64,000 nucleotides of DNA from Vicugna vicugna (lineage: Eukaryota): the NCBI GenBank assembly GCA_013265495.1, contig MU058687.1, positions 3,598,001 to 3,662,000 on the forward strand. Direction: 5' to 3'. The notes beneath the pieces are model-generated. The model was not told the origin of the DNA. It made no database searches and worked only from the letters and a program-made list of their open reading frames with translations. Shown one piece after another: positions 26,139-38,377 of this stretch; position 1 is the stretch's first letter; each line of letters starts with the position of its first letter. The translations under genes and the position numbers were made by a program.

Positions 26139-26159
26139 GGTGCTCTCCGTGGTGCTGAG
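26139..26159 (-). promoter_or_regulatory. RE1/NRSE (REST binding site), canonical
   Basis: Minus strand CTCAGCACCACGGAGAGCACC versus consensus TTCAGCACCACGGACAGCGCC (18/21), with both half-sites and the 2-bp spacer intact. Confidence 0.9.
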
Positions 26160-26195
26160 AAAACCGAGGCTGCTCTGCCGAGAGGGACCCTGTTG

Positions 26196-26216
26196 GGAAC
26201 TCTCCGTGATGCTGGA
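26196..26216 (-). promoter_or_regulatory. Second, weaker RE1/NRSE
   Basis: Minus strand TCCAGCATCACGGAGAGTTCC (16/21 to consensus), same orientation, 57-bp offset from the first site. Confidence 0.6.
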
Positions 26217-27044
26217 AGCAATACACTTGTCTGGGGAATTTGAGGGGAAATTGTCCACAACAGCTCTAAGGACCATTATTGCCTCATAGGAGGGTTGAGA
26301 TAAAAACCAGAGTAGCAAGCTGTTGAGGGCTTGCTGGATGAATGTCCACCCTAAAAACAACCACTTTCACATTTGCTCTTATTCTGTGATGATGATTGTT
26401 TTAGAATGCTTTGTTTATTTAGTTTTCTTCCTTTTGGTGAGGGAAAAAAATCAGATGTTTATATTAATTACTGAGTGTATTTTGTTGTCCATCTGAAGCA
26501 CAGATATAATGAAAAAGCCACAATTTATTTATTCAACAATTATTTTCGGGGCATCTTTAACACACTAGGCAATGTGCTAGGTGCTGCACCCTGGGCAAAC
26601 TTGTAGCTCACACAAGAATTAGATGAGGTGTGACTACAGGAGGGCTGCCTTTTCCCCTAACAAGTACTGATATCTAGTGACGGACAACTCTGGATTCCAA
26701 GTAGTAAGTGTAGCCAAGAAGAGACCTGGAGGAAGGTCTTGGGAATACTGGGGCTCCTTTTGTGACTTCTGTAAACCAAATGTGAGTGTTACAGTAGAGG
26801 ACTATGGTGTGGATTGAGCAGGTTCTAAGGGAATCAGAGGCCTCCACAGGTCCATATGAACTGAATATCTCTGACTTTGTGAAAAAAAAATCTCTTTAGA
26901 TTCAAATCAGCTTCCTGCTGGGATGTGGATCCCTCAATTTGCATAGGGGTCTCTGTACTGATTACCTTGAGGAGTATGCTGGGAGAATGCCTGATGATGT
27001 GTGTGCATGGGTGTTCATAAAAGGATGCACTTGGCAATATGACG

Positions 27045-27288
27045 ATAATACTTATATAGCATAGACCATACTCTGTGATTTGTTATTCTTTACATGTGTT
27101 GAATTATTTAATTATCACAACAACCTTTTGAGGTAGATACCATTTTCATAATTATTTTATAAACAGAAAAATAAAGCACCAGGGAGGTTATATAACTTGC
27201 CAAAGGTCACACAGCTGGTAAATAGCAGAGCCAGGACTTGATACCGGGTTGTCTGCTTCCAGAGTCCATTCTCTTCATCACTGTGCTT
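27045..27288 (-). mobile_element. MIR
   Basis: 'tttaattatcacaacaacc..tgaggtagatac...gaggtta.ataacttgccaaaggtcacacagctggtaaatagcagagccaggacttga'. Confidence 0.9.
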
Positions 27289-27527
27289 TAAAAACCTGAA
27301 AATTACACCTTCCTGGGAGGTGGTTATATATTCCCTGAGGTAAGAAAAGTATGTGGATAGCTTGATTGTCCCCTGCTGTCATGTCCTTCATAAATACCTC
27401 CTACCTTCTCTTACAGACTGACTTCTAAGAATGACACACCTCAGTGCCATTTCTGAAGTTTTACTTACCTTTTAGCTGGAATTTTACCAAATAATATTTG
27501 TCTCATCCTGAAAAAAAGTATTTGTTC

Positions 27528-28067
27528 ATGATGGAATACTTCTTAACATTCAAGATTTAGTTCAAATTTTTTTTTTCAGAAAAGCCTTCCATGACCATCG
27601 AATCTAAAACTGCTCTTCTTTTCCCTAGCCTATTATACAATTTTATGATTTTATTTTCTTCATAGTAGTTATCACTCTTTGACAGTATCTCATGTGTTTA
27701 TGTGTTCCCTTATTTTCTATCCACTGGAATATAGGTACATGAGGACAGGAGATTTGTTTGCTTTGCTTACTACTGTATTCTAATTGGAGCATGATATGAA
27801 ATGATGGAATTTAACATTCAAGATTTAGTTCAAATTTTTTTTTTCAGAAAAGCCTTCCATGACCATCGAATCTAAAACTGCTCTTCTTTTCCCTAGCCTA
27901 TTATACAATTTTATGATTTTATTTTCTTCATAGTAGTTATCACTCTTTGACAGTATCTCATGTGTTTATGTGTTCCCTTATTTTCTATCCACTGGAATAT
28001 AGGTACATGAGGACAGGAGATTTGTTTGCTTTGCTTACTACTGTATTCTAATTGGAGCATGATATGA
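27528..28067 (+). repeat. Perfect tandem duplication (257-bp core x2) of an L2-derived segment
   Basis: 27543-27799 reads identical by eye to 27811-28067, including a T10 run. The unit has L2 3' hallmarks ('cttcatagtagttatcac', 'catgaggacaggaga'). Confidence 0.95.
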
Positions 28068-30589
28068 TTAGTAAGTTAATTTATGCCCAAGAATAGTTTG
28101 GTAAACTCCTGGAGGAAAATCCAGAGAGTGTTAGAGAGTTAGTAAAGTCCTCTGGATTGGGAGAGATTTGCAAGAGCAAGTTTAAAAAGGGGAGAAAAAG
28201 TCAGCATATAGCTTTAAAAAGAGGCCTGGATAGGGAACCAATTCCAACCAGCAAGGGTCACCAGCTCTTGGGAGCCAAAGCAAAGCAATGTTGGTAGCTG
28301 TATTTGTAAGCCTGATGTGCCTCACCTTCCAGCAGAGTTGTTCTGCATGTTAATTCACGCTAGAGATTGACATGAAGGAAGGTAAGAGAGTGAGGAAGGT
28401 AGCTTGACCCAGGAGCATGTCATCACTTTTCCAGGACGTAAAAGGGGCATCTTGTCTATTTTCCTTGGTAGCTACTGTAGAGATTTTGCCCATCCCCAGC
28501 AACATGGTCTTCACGTGCTTCAGGCCTGAGCAGCAATACTAAAAGAGGGTGGGGATCATCAGTTCTTGAAGTGACCCACACTTGTTACATGAATTAGAGG
28601 ATCAGTCGGAAAAAAGGTGATGGGGTATGGAAGAGCAAAACTTAGAGTTAATATTCGAAAACTGAAAATATTGCAAAGTAGAGAGATGACTTGAACCAGT
28701 TAACTTAGAAGCAGATGCATCACAGCATTTGGTGGGAAAAGAGGTTGATTCCCTGGTCCCCATAGTTACATGCCAGATTTTCATATTTTGAGATTTTCTT
28801 AGTCAACAATTGCCTAAAATCTATTTTCACTTCCAATGTATATAGGGCATTAATCACTGAAATCTGTTTCTCACAATTACCCTTCACATAGGAATCTGAT
28901 TTGCTTCTACAGCAACCTTTGTTACAAAATTTATGTCTGCTGATGCCTGTATTCACCACATATCCAATGAGGAGTGAAGAATGGGAGGAGTGGAGAGGGC
29001 TTCTCAAGGGGCTGTAGACAGGGAAAGGGGGGTTGAAGAAGAGGAAAACTGCTGATTAGAAAGGAGAGAAATAAAGTAGAGAATGAAAACTGATCTCTAT
29101 TAAAATGAAGGACCTGGGCTTGGACCCTTTTTGTGGATACCTTTGAGGGAGCCGAAAGGAAAGAAGAGGAAAGTGCACAAGTATGGAAGCCAGAAAGCCC
29201 TAGATCTGAACTGCTTCCCTGAATCTCTTTTCCCAGGATAGAATTCTTCCAGGTGTTAAGTAAGGTAATATATGTGAAATGTCTGGCCCAGAATAGATGC
29301 TAAACAAGTGGAAATCCTTATGGGCTTCGTAAATACCCAAACTTTTTTGAAGAAATTCACTTACCATGTATTTATTGAGAAATTTAAGTGCTAAGTATGA
29401 TTATATAGATGTGATCACTGCCCTCCTTTCTAGTGAGTGAAGAAGCAGCTGTCATCTTTAGGAATATTTCTTAGTGACCTAGCACTATCACTCTGCATTT
29501 ACTTAATACCTAGTGTGCACCAGGCCCTCACCTGCTTTGTAGAAAGGGAGTATACTTGGAGGAGGAGGGGCAAGTGGGCTTATGTAATGGTTCTCAAGAA
29601 TACAGGGGGCCAGGCTGGCATAGGAAAGGGGCAGAAAGAAAGAATCTCATTTATTGATTCAGCAGACTTATATAGCAAAATCTTAGCCTAAGAAATGGGC
29701 TCTGACGGAATTTCTAGGTTAGTGGGGGCTTGGCATAAGAGAGAGCAAAAAAGCAGGAGATTGTAAGCATGCAAGCTCTTGAAGTGGTGGGCTAGGGAGG
29801 TGAATACTGAGTGGATGAAGACAGAAGGGAAATCACAAGTTGCAGGGAGAGTGGCCCAAGCAGTGGGTTAGGAAACCGACAAAGCGCTGGGGGCGGCTGA
29901 GTGGTATCAGGAAAGCAGATGGTGATCCTTGAGAAGGAGGGTGCAGATGGCAGTGGTGGCGAGGAGGCAGTGCGGGGTGAAGAACAGTCCCAGCTCGGCC
30001 ACTCCAGGAAGGGAGAGGCTGGCACACAACTCCCCATGCTGGGTGAGCTCTGTGACTCATCTGGCCCCCAATGTGGCATCTGACAGGGGTACCCGGAGGA
30101 AGGATGTGGGAGGCTATGTGATTCTCTGTGATGAGCCTTGGAGGTTAGACATGAACCTCAAGCATCCAGGAACTCCTGATGAGGAAAGAAAGCTCTCCTA
30201 CCGAGGAAAGAACATAAGCAAATCCAGTCTCCCCGGTTAAGTTTCCAACTGCCTGTTTGAACTTGGGCGTGTAATTTGATTGCTCTTGGACATGTTTTCT
30301 CATTGTAAAATAAAAAGTTTGGATTAGGTGATACTTAAAGTATGTTTAAGCTCTGAATTCTATGATTCTGGGAAATATTTGAAGGTTGGGACTGCAGAGG
30401 ATAGAGCAGGCTTATTAGTCTACTACCACTAGAGTTGTGTGTGAAGGGTAACTGTTAGAAACAGTGATCAGTTCCCTATACACACTGGTGCTGAAGATAA
30501 ATTTTAAGCAATTATTGCTCAAGATGTTACCAGAAGGAGGATTTTTGTCTTAAGGTAATACTCCTTCTAAATATTGGAGTCATCCAATG

Positions 30590-30690
30590 ATGAGTTGGGT
30601 TACTTTGTATGGTAGTGAGCTCCCTGCTGCAGAAAGTGATCAATCACAGGTTGAATGATTTTTGGGGTTGTTATAAAAGGAATTCCACCA
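30590..30690 (+). mobile_element. CR1/L3 3' fragment
   Basis: 'ggtagtgagctccctgctgcagaaagtgatcaa.cacaggttgaatga' resembles the L3 3' end. Confidence 0.5.
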
Positions 30691-30769
30691 CCCCTGTCCC
30701 ACACCCATTTTTAAGAAATATCTTGAAACATTATGCTGCAGACTGGTTGAGCATGTGATTAAGTGGTAA

Positions 30770-31036
30770 ACGGTGGTGAATCCCAACATGTATTTCTCAG
30801 AACATGATGTTATTCATAGGTTTCCTGTGTGGGGAAGAAAGTTTTGTTGTAAAATAACTTTGGAAAATGCTGGATTAAGCAATGTTCAGCAAGTTTCTTT
30901 TCTGTAAGTCTTTCAGGGACTTAAATATGTTAATGTGCATTATGAATTTTCTAAGTATATTTGACAATGGAATCTTTCTCACAGAGTATCTGATAGATAT
31001 AGTGACTTACTGAATATATGTGGAGGAACATTGCTT
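30770..31036. mobile_element. hAT-Charlie fossil (MER112-like)
   Basis: 'aaataactttggaaaatgctggattaa', 'gtttctttt.tgtaag', 'aatatgttaatgtgcattatgaat', 'tatttgacaatggaa'. Confidence 0.6.
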
Positions 31037-31329
31037 TAAGCAATTGTCTTATGTTCTAGGTCTTTTGTCCCTAGAAAGAAGGCATCAGAAATGCTCTGCT
31101 GTCTTTGGCTAGGTCTGATCATGAAGCCTAATTTGATGAAGCCCTAGGGAGGTGGGTAGGACTCTAGATGATACTGTTAGACTGACTCAGCTGGTGACCT
31201 TAGAGGGGTCCCTCCTTGTGTCTCAGTTTCCTTGTAAGTAAAATGGGGGGAGATATTTAGAATCCAACCCTTTTTAGGGTTGAGATGTCAGGATAGAGCC
31301 TAAGGTAGCACCTAGGACATTTGAATTTG

Positions 31330-31480
31330 AGTTTGAATCACCTGGCCATCTTGTTGAAGTGCAATGCTGATTCAGCAGGTCTGCTCCGGTTGGGGTGGGT
31401 GTGGGTGCAGAGATTGTGCATTGCTGATGTGCTCAGAGGTGATGCTGGTGCAGCTGTGGTCATACTCAGAGTAGTGAGGG
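31330..31480. mobile_element. MER5A-like fossil
   Basis: 'gaatcacctgg..atcttgttgaagtgca...tgattcagcaggtctg...ggtgatgctggtgc.gctg'. Confidence 0.7.
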
Positions 31481-32314
31481 TCCAGGAAGCCACACAGCCT
31501 GGCCCATATCAGGAGCATCTCCTCATGTGGAGCAGAAGGAAGCTCTCTGGTGTCACCACTTTCCCTGGAACTCTGGTCTGTGTTTTCAAATAGTACTACT
31601 TACTCATATGGGAAAATAAACCAGGCATCTCTCCTGTGTCCCTGTGGCAAGGTTTGCCTTAGGCCCCTCTGAAGGGAATCCCTCTTCCTCATCCCCTCCC
31701 CCCACTGTCTACGGCTCCCCAGTCAGTGAAGCTATTTTTTGAATTTGAGTTAAAATCATTTCAGACATATTTTTAACTGTTCGAAAAGCTGTTAGCGTTT
31801 GGCAATCATTCCATCTTCAGCTTGAATCCTGGGGAGGGTGTTTCTTTCTTTTCTTTTCTTTTTTTTTTCTCTCCACAACCGAGCAAAAGTATATCATTTA
31901 AAAATAGTTTTAGTGCGTGGGTCAGAGAGAATGGTTGCTGGGGATGGAGATGGAGCTGGGGCGTGCTGTGGACTCCACAGAATCATCGCTGTCAGTGCTG
32001 CCTTTCCTGCCTGCACCCAGGCTGAGCTAGCCTCACGGGGTGAAGGGGTGGGGATGATCTGAGGGCTGTCCAGCAGAGGGAGAGGGAGAGGGAGAGATGC
32101 TGGGAAGGGGCACAGGGCAACAGGCACCCAAACTGGGCCTGACTGAACCTCCACAGTCAAGGTTGCCAGGGATGATAGCAGAATCAGTACTGCTACCATT
32201 CCAGCCCGTGATCCTGAGAGTCCGGGACCAGCACATCACCACTGCCACTGCTACGAAGCTTTGATTAAGGGCCTCCTGGGAGTGATGCCCATGGGAAGTT
32301 GTTTTAGTTTTTAT

Positions 32315-32555
32315 TTAATTGACACTTATATAGCCTGTACACTGCGACTGAGTACTTTGAAAATATTAACTCATTTAATCCTCCTAACAACACTGTGAGG
32401 TAGGTCCAACCATGATCCCCATTACATAGAAGGGGACACTGAGGTGCAGAATGGTCAAGCAACTTGCCCAAGGTCCTGTGGCTTGTGGGCGGTGGAGCTG
32501 GATTCCAGCCTGTGCAGTCTGGAGCTGGAGTTCATGCCCTTTAGCACTACACTAT
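32315..32555 (-). mobile_element. MIR
   Basis: 'taactcatttaatcctcctaacaacactgtgaggtagg...cactgaggtgcaga..ggtcaagcaacttgcccaaggtc'. Confidence 0.9.
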
Positions 32556-35056
32556 ACAGAGATGTAGGTCCTGCCCTCTCGGTGCTCAGTCTAAAAGTGG
32601 CTGTGCCAGCCGTCTGCTCCTACCTATCTGGTGGGAGGAATGAAATTTAAAACAGACAAGAACTTCCATCATAAATGGAGCAAATGATGATTTTTTTTAA
32701 AGCAGCCATCAAGTATTAATAGGTAACTCCCTGCCACTCAAGCATTCAAACCCATTAAACACTCTAAATATACCTGGACCATGTTAAAATTTGATCCCCA
32801 AGCAGGAAATTCTAGAATTGCTCTGAAAATTATCAGAGTGGGAGGAAACAGTTTCTTTCTAGTTTTTTTCTTGTAAAGTTATTTTTGTGAGATACTCCGT
32901 CGTCATCTGTCCAGCCCAGTTGCTTGCTCCTGGGTGCTCAGGGGAAGAAGGACATAGCTGCAGGGATGCCACCCCACATCCCAGCCACGATCTCCCCGAG
33001 CCTGGAGTTGGCAGTCCTGTCCCAAAGGCTAGTTCCTCTCAGCTGGTGATGGCTGCTGAATTCAGGGAGACGGCTGAGAGGCTTCTACTGCTGAAAGCCC
33101 CTGGGAATATTTTATTTCCATGGAATAAGCAGGAAGAGAAAATGTGGGTGGAGAGCTCTCCACTGGGGTTGGAAGTTGGAAACTTCTGGCCTTCCCAGGA
33201 GCTAGCTTTTCCTGTGGCCTCTTGGCGGTGGCTGATAACCTGTTGGAAGGGATGCCTGGAGTTAGGCATATTCCATGGGTGATAACCACCTCAGGGCCTG
33301 AATGCTCAGGCTCTCCTTTGGTCTTAAGCCCTTACACATCTGCAAATCTGACATTCACATATTCTCCTTCCATCCTACACCAAACACATTTCTCCAGATG
33401 AGATGCCCAGCTTTCAGAATTTGGGGACTGCTGCATTGGCGCCCCCTGACTCACTGCTGGCCCTGTGTCCTCGTACTGGACTGCAGGTTTAACCCTTTCT
33501 GTACAAGTTCTCTCTGTGGGGGTGCCAGGCCCCTCTGTGGTACTGTCTGTACTGCATGGTGCATGTCTAATAATACTAATTAATAAGTAGTCACTTATTA
33601 ATAAGACTGGAAACATCATCACATGGGTGACAGAAAGTCAAAACAAACTCCAGCAGGCCAGCAATGCAGCACAGCTCTTGAGGGACGAGAGGAGAGAAGA
33701 ATGCATGGTATATTTACAAGGGGCATTGGACAAACTGCTTTGAGCCAATAGCATTTGAGGCTGAATTTGAAATCTGTTCAGGAGCTAGGCAGATGGGGAC
33801 ATGAGACCTTGACTCAGCTGATGTGCTGGCTGGGGATTAGCAGAACTGTCTAATGTTCAGTTTTTGTGACTTGGTCTTGGCTTGAGAAGCCTTTGATTAT
33901 TTCCAGAGTTGGTTAGGGTAGAGCAGTGGGAACTCAGAAAGAGAGGACAGCATGTATGCCCAATTAATGCATGAAGAAACTGAGACCACTGAACATTATC
34001 ATTGTTTTCCAAAGATTATTGAATCAGTAAGTAAAAGCAATAAGCTATATAATGAGGGCAAAAAACTCCCAGCCCAAACAACCTCTGAAATTCACATACC
34101 AAGAGTCATTAGGGCAGCAGGTAGATATATATTAAGTCTGTTTATCTATAACCCTGATCTTCTAGGCATGGTCCTATTTATAAATACGCAACTGCGTATA
34201 TTTCAATTAATAATATAATAAAGTCAACTTGCTGTGAAGATTAAATGAGATAATGCATACCAAGTGCTTATCTTAGTACCTGGCAGGTGGTAATAATACT
34301 AATGATCAGGGCTGATGGCTGATATGTCCTGTTATGATCGAACCAGTACCTTGTGGCCAGCCTCCAGTCTGATTGGGTGCTGCCTGTGCCATCTCAGACA
34401 TTAAATATTTTAAACTCCACTCTGATAATGATAACTGATACTCTATTGTGGACCTTCCCATGTGCCATTTACTATTATAGGTGCTTTTGATGTAGTTGTC
34501 ACAGGAAACGTTTGAGGATAGTATCATTTGTCACTCCCATTTCACAGGTGAGAAAACACGCTTGAAATGTTAGTGATTTGGCCAAGGTGTCATGACCCAC
34601 AAATGATGGTGCTGGGATTTGAACCTAGATGTCGTCTTTGCAGAGCCTCGGGATCTTAACTATGATGCTACCAGTGGAGGACCAGCAGGGTGACTTGTAG
34701 TGATGGTTGTTGTTATTGTCATTATCTTCATTATAGCAACTCGATATTTTTTCCCAGAATGTCATGGACAAACTTAGTCTTTTGATTGATGATAAAATTG
34801 TTCCTCGTTCCATTCTGAAAGTGTTGGTCCGCACATTGGAGAAAACTGGAAAAGTCCTTGTCCCATTTTGTTCTCCTGAACTGAGTGAAGGCAGCAGCCA
34901 CACAGCCAAGTGAAGGATGATAGGCCCATGAGGGAGACTTCTAACCTCACAGCCTCTGACTCTGGCCCTCTCAGCTCAGGACAGAGGTGAGAGCAGTGAA
35001 AGACAAGGATCTCCGAGGGCTTCAGACCTCCACTGAGTCTCCTCTTTAAGAAAAAC

Positions 35057-35215
35057 AATTTTTTACTGAAGTATGGTTGATTTACAATGTTAGTTTCAGG
35101 TGTACAGCAAAGTGATTCAGTTATGCATATACATACAGATGTATTTTCTCTTCAGATTCTTTCCCATTATATGTTATTGTAAGAAATTGAATATAGTTCC
35201 CTGTACTATACAGTA
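35057..35215 (-). mobile_element. 5'-truncated younger L1 3' end with TSD
   Basis: 'actgaagtatggttgatttacaatgttagtttcaggtgtacagcaaagtgattcagttat...gaatatagttccctgtactatacagtag', flanked by gagtctcc(t)ctttaa at 35035 and 35216. Confidence 0.85.
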
Positions 35216-35769
35216 GAGTCTCCCTTTAAAAAATCAGTACCATTGCTGACATGGCATCTTCATTTGGGCAAACACCTGATATTGCTAATTTATGCTTATG
35301 GTTGCAGTATGTCTTACTGTCTTCATTGTTGTCTTCCTCTGCTCTTTTGTACATATCCATCCTCATAAATTGGAACTACCTGGGGGGAATGCTTGATCAC
35401 TCAGAATGGGCAGAGTGGTAGTTAGCTAGAATGCTGCTGAGGATAGGGATAAAGTGAGCCCAGAGGTTTCATAATAAAAGGCAGAGTAAAAGGATACACC
35501 AGAGTAATTGAAAGATAAATAACACTTGAGATACCCAAGAAACTACTAAATGGAATAAAGTGATAATAAGTGTATTCAGAGAATACAAAGTAAAATAAAT
35601 AAAAAGCAGAGGGCTAAAAATGAATAAATGGTAGTACCTAAGATATCCTAGTAAGCTAAAATATTAAAAATAAAATGATGAAGTAAGAGAATGCTAACTA
35701 CAGGGGGCAGTCCAAAGTTAATAATCCTCTGCAGGGGCAAAGGCAGACCCCCGGACCAAGGTAGTGGAC

Positions 35770-36000
35770 ATTTGTTAAGCATTTCTGTGGGGCATGTGTT
35801 CTGCGTGTATTTTAATCACTTAATTCTCGAAACAGTCCTGTGAAGTAAGTACAGGTATTATCTCCGTTTTATAGGGGAATACACTGAGACTTGGAGAAGG
35901 GAAAGAAAATGATTCACATCACGTGAAATACAGGTGATCAGTTGGAAATGGAATCCAGGTACGCGTTCTAACCCTAGGTCGTCCCTGTAGACATGCAGTG
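35770..36000 (-). mobile_element. MIR
   Basis: 'cactttaattctcgaaacagtcctgtgaagtaag...tattatctccgttttatagggga..acactgagacttggaga'. Confidence 0.8.
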
Positions 36001-36889
36001 GACTCTCGAAGGGAGAGTCCTTCCAAGCTGGTGTTTCCCACAGGAGTCCCATGGACATCTGCAGGGCAGTGAGCCCTCAGGCTCTCGCTTTGGTCTTATA
36101 CCTTATATCCCCCTGGGCCCCCTTAGGTCTCTTCCTGCTGTTCCCAAAGGTGAGTCTATACTTGCTCTAGCTGTTCCCAGTTTTCTGCTGGATTGTGGTG
36201 GTTCCTTTACATAGTTCTTGCCCCAGGAGCTCCAGATAGCTTGCCCAACCCCACGCACTGTGCCCTCTGAAATTCCCACCTTCTGAGAGGTACACAGACT
36301 TCAAGGAAGGCCAGATTAGGAGGATACAGATCAGGAGACATGGCAGTTCAGGTCTAGCACAAACTTGTGAAAGGTGAGGTGTTTTGCATGAAGTTAATCG
36401 ATTAAGACATGTTTGTTTGTGTCCCTATTATGTGCTGGGTATCATGGAGATGTTGAAGACTGGGGGCTCAAGAAATATAAGAAAATGAGATTATGATTTG
36501 AAAGGTAAAATAGATGGAAATGTAGACTGGTAATGCTGGAATTCCACGTGTCCATTTACAGCCCAAATGCCACTTTAGTCTACCAAGCGTTACCTTGTTA
36601 TCCCCCATCTCCAAAAAAATGTATCATTTGCTTCTTGACAATCACATAGAGCTTCCTTTACATTACTTTCATGAAAATAAGAACATTTTCCCCTTGCTTT
36701 GTAGGAACGCACCTCTATCTTTCACCAAAGCACAATGGACTCCTTAGGGCAGGGGCATTCACCTGCTCATTTGACTTCTTGTGAGCACAATGCTCAGTAT
36801 ATGTGCTATCTAGTTTGCTAGGGTGCCTGGAAGAATGTCCAGTAAAGGTCAGAAGTCTAAGAACTATTACCCTCCATGGAAGGGAGGCA

Positions 36890-37097
36890 ATATTAGGTGA
36901 GGCTGGCTCTTGAGTCAGATCCACCCGAGTTCAACTTCATTTTAGTTATTTCCAGCTGTGTGAGCTTGGGGCCCCTCCCTAAAGCTTTGATTTCAACTGT
37001 AAAATGGATCTTGGTGGTTGAAGGGCACCAGCCTCACTGGACTGAATGAGATGACCCACGTGCTGGCACGTGGTGAGTGTTCAACAGCTGTTAGCAT
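36890..37097 (+). mobile_element. MIR
   Basis: 'ggctcttgagtcaga...gttcaa...cagctgtgtgagcttggg...tgtaaaatgg...tggcacgtggtgagtgttcaac'. Confidence 0.7.
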
Positions 37098-37879
37098 CTC
37101 TTCCTGCCATTGGTGCTGGCTGGAGGAAGGACCTGTGTGGTGCAGCCCTTAGAGAGGGGAGGCGGGAGATGAAAGGAGGCGGGGCCGTTTTTCCCATCAC
37201 AAGGGCCAGATGCTGAATAGAACCTTGTGCTTGGTGCCACCGACCGTCATCTCTTGTTTGGGCTTGACTGGGGAAATATTTCCATAGACATGGACTAGTT
37301 TGGCAAAACTGGTGATGGATTTTGAAGAGTTTGGGTGCAGTGGAAATGCCTAGGCCCTGGGCTTAGGGTGTGAGCCACAGAAGGGAGCCATCCTCCTCAT
37401 GCATCACAGCGCTCAAGCCCTGCCTCTGTCTCTCTTAGCTCGCAGCCCCCAAGGATAGGGTTGGCTGTGCCTCTGTCTGCCTTCCCTGCTGGGAGCCCTT
37501 GGAGGGGAAGGCCCATTTGTCACCTTCATTTCTATGTCCCCAGCCCCTTGCACTACTCCTGGTCCTAAGCAGGCTTTCAGAGGGCTTGCGGAAGGAATGG
37601 CTTCGTGTCCTAGTTATAGCCCTCACCTCCACCAGATGCACAAGGACTGCCCTGATTTTGCACAGAGGAAAGACTGCTCCGGGAAACTGAGGCATACGGC
37701 TAGGTTAGGGTCCTCTCCACTCCCTCAGACTGCAATGAGACAAATGCATCTTCAGCACTGAGGAAGTGGCTTAGTTTTCTGAAGATGTAAATGAGGATTT
37801 TGTCTTTATTTTAATTCCTGCTTCAGTTCTAGTGAAGAACCTTCCTGCGCTGGGGTTAGGGGAGAACTGAGCTCCTGAC

Positions 37880-38069
37880 ACTGCCTCTTAGTCGTTGGGG
37901 TCTACTGAGTGCGCCTCCCTGATGATATCTTCTCAGCTGTTTGCAAAACAGTCTGGGAGGACGTGAAGCCCTGAGCCAGGCAGCGTGGCTGTCTCTTTAA
38001 ATGCCGGGGTCTGTGTGGGAGAGGGAGGGGCCGGCTCTGGAGTGCGTGAAATTCCTGGGCTCCTCCGGC
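37880..38069 (+). promoter_or_regulatory. Candidate core promoter of a neuronal gene
   Basis: Onset of a transposon-poor block with more retained CpG. TTTAAAT at 37996-38002 and GA/GC-rich boxes lie upstream of an initiator-like CAGTCT at ~38069. Confidence 0.55.
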
Positions 38070-38377
38070 AGTCTCAGGCTCAGAGCTCAGCCCTACACAT
38101 CTCTTCTTGCAGGCAACTCACTGAGAGGGAGAGGCGAGCGTGTCCTCCCCTCTCGCAGCCGCCAGCATCTCCAGTCACCAAGGACCTGCTTTTCCCACCT
38201 CCAACACCCCTCCCTTCTTCCCCGCCACTCCCTCCCAGAGAGAAAGAGAAAGAAAAGGAGACAGAAAGATTCCGGAATTTGAACCTTCCCAAAGAGGAAA
38301 CATACCCAGCAAACTCAGTTGATTAAACATCAAACAAACAAACAGACAGATCCCAAATCTTCTGTTCAACTGGAAAG
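38070..38377 (+). other. NRXN3: Candidate non-coding first (5' UTR) exon; best guess neurexin-3 alpha exon 1 (unverified)
   Basis: Ends at a consensus donor GGAAAG|GTAAGA (38378). Contains no ATG, has low-complexity C-rich then GA/AC-rich 5' UTR composition, and no repeats. The gene name is inferred from memory of NRXN3-alpha architecture (~300-nt non-coding exon 1, long first intron, gene-poor upstream region) plus the RE1 sites, not from an alignment. Confidence 0.5.

Noticed and set aside
28720..29007. 95-aa minus-strand ORF considered as a transposase or pseudogene remnant
   Set aside because: No recognisable motif, and I could not assign it to any family.
35440..35700. A-rich tract resembling decayed L1 ORF2
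   Set aside because: Similarity by eye is too weak to call with confidence.
37751..37770. RE1-like TTCAGCACTGAGGAAGTGGC near the promoter
   Set aside because: Only the left half-site matches, and the right half is degenerate and mis-spaced.
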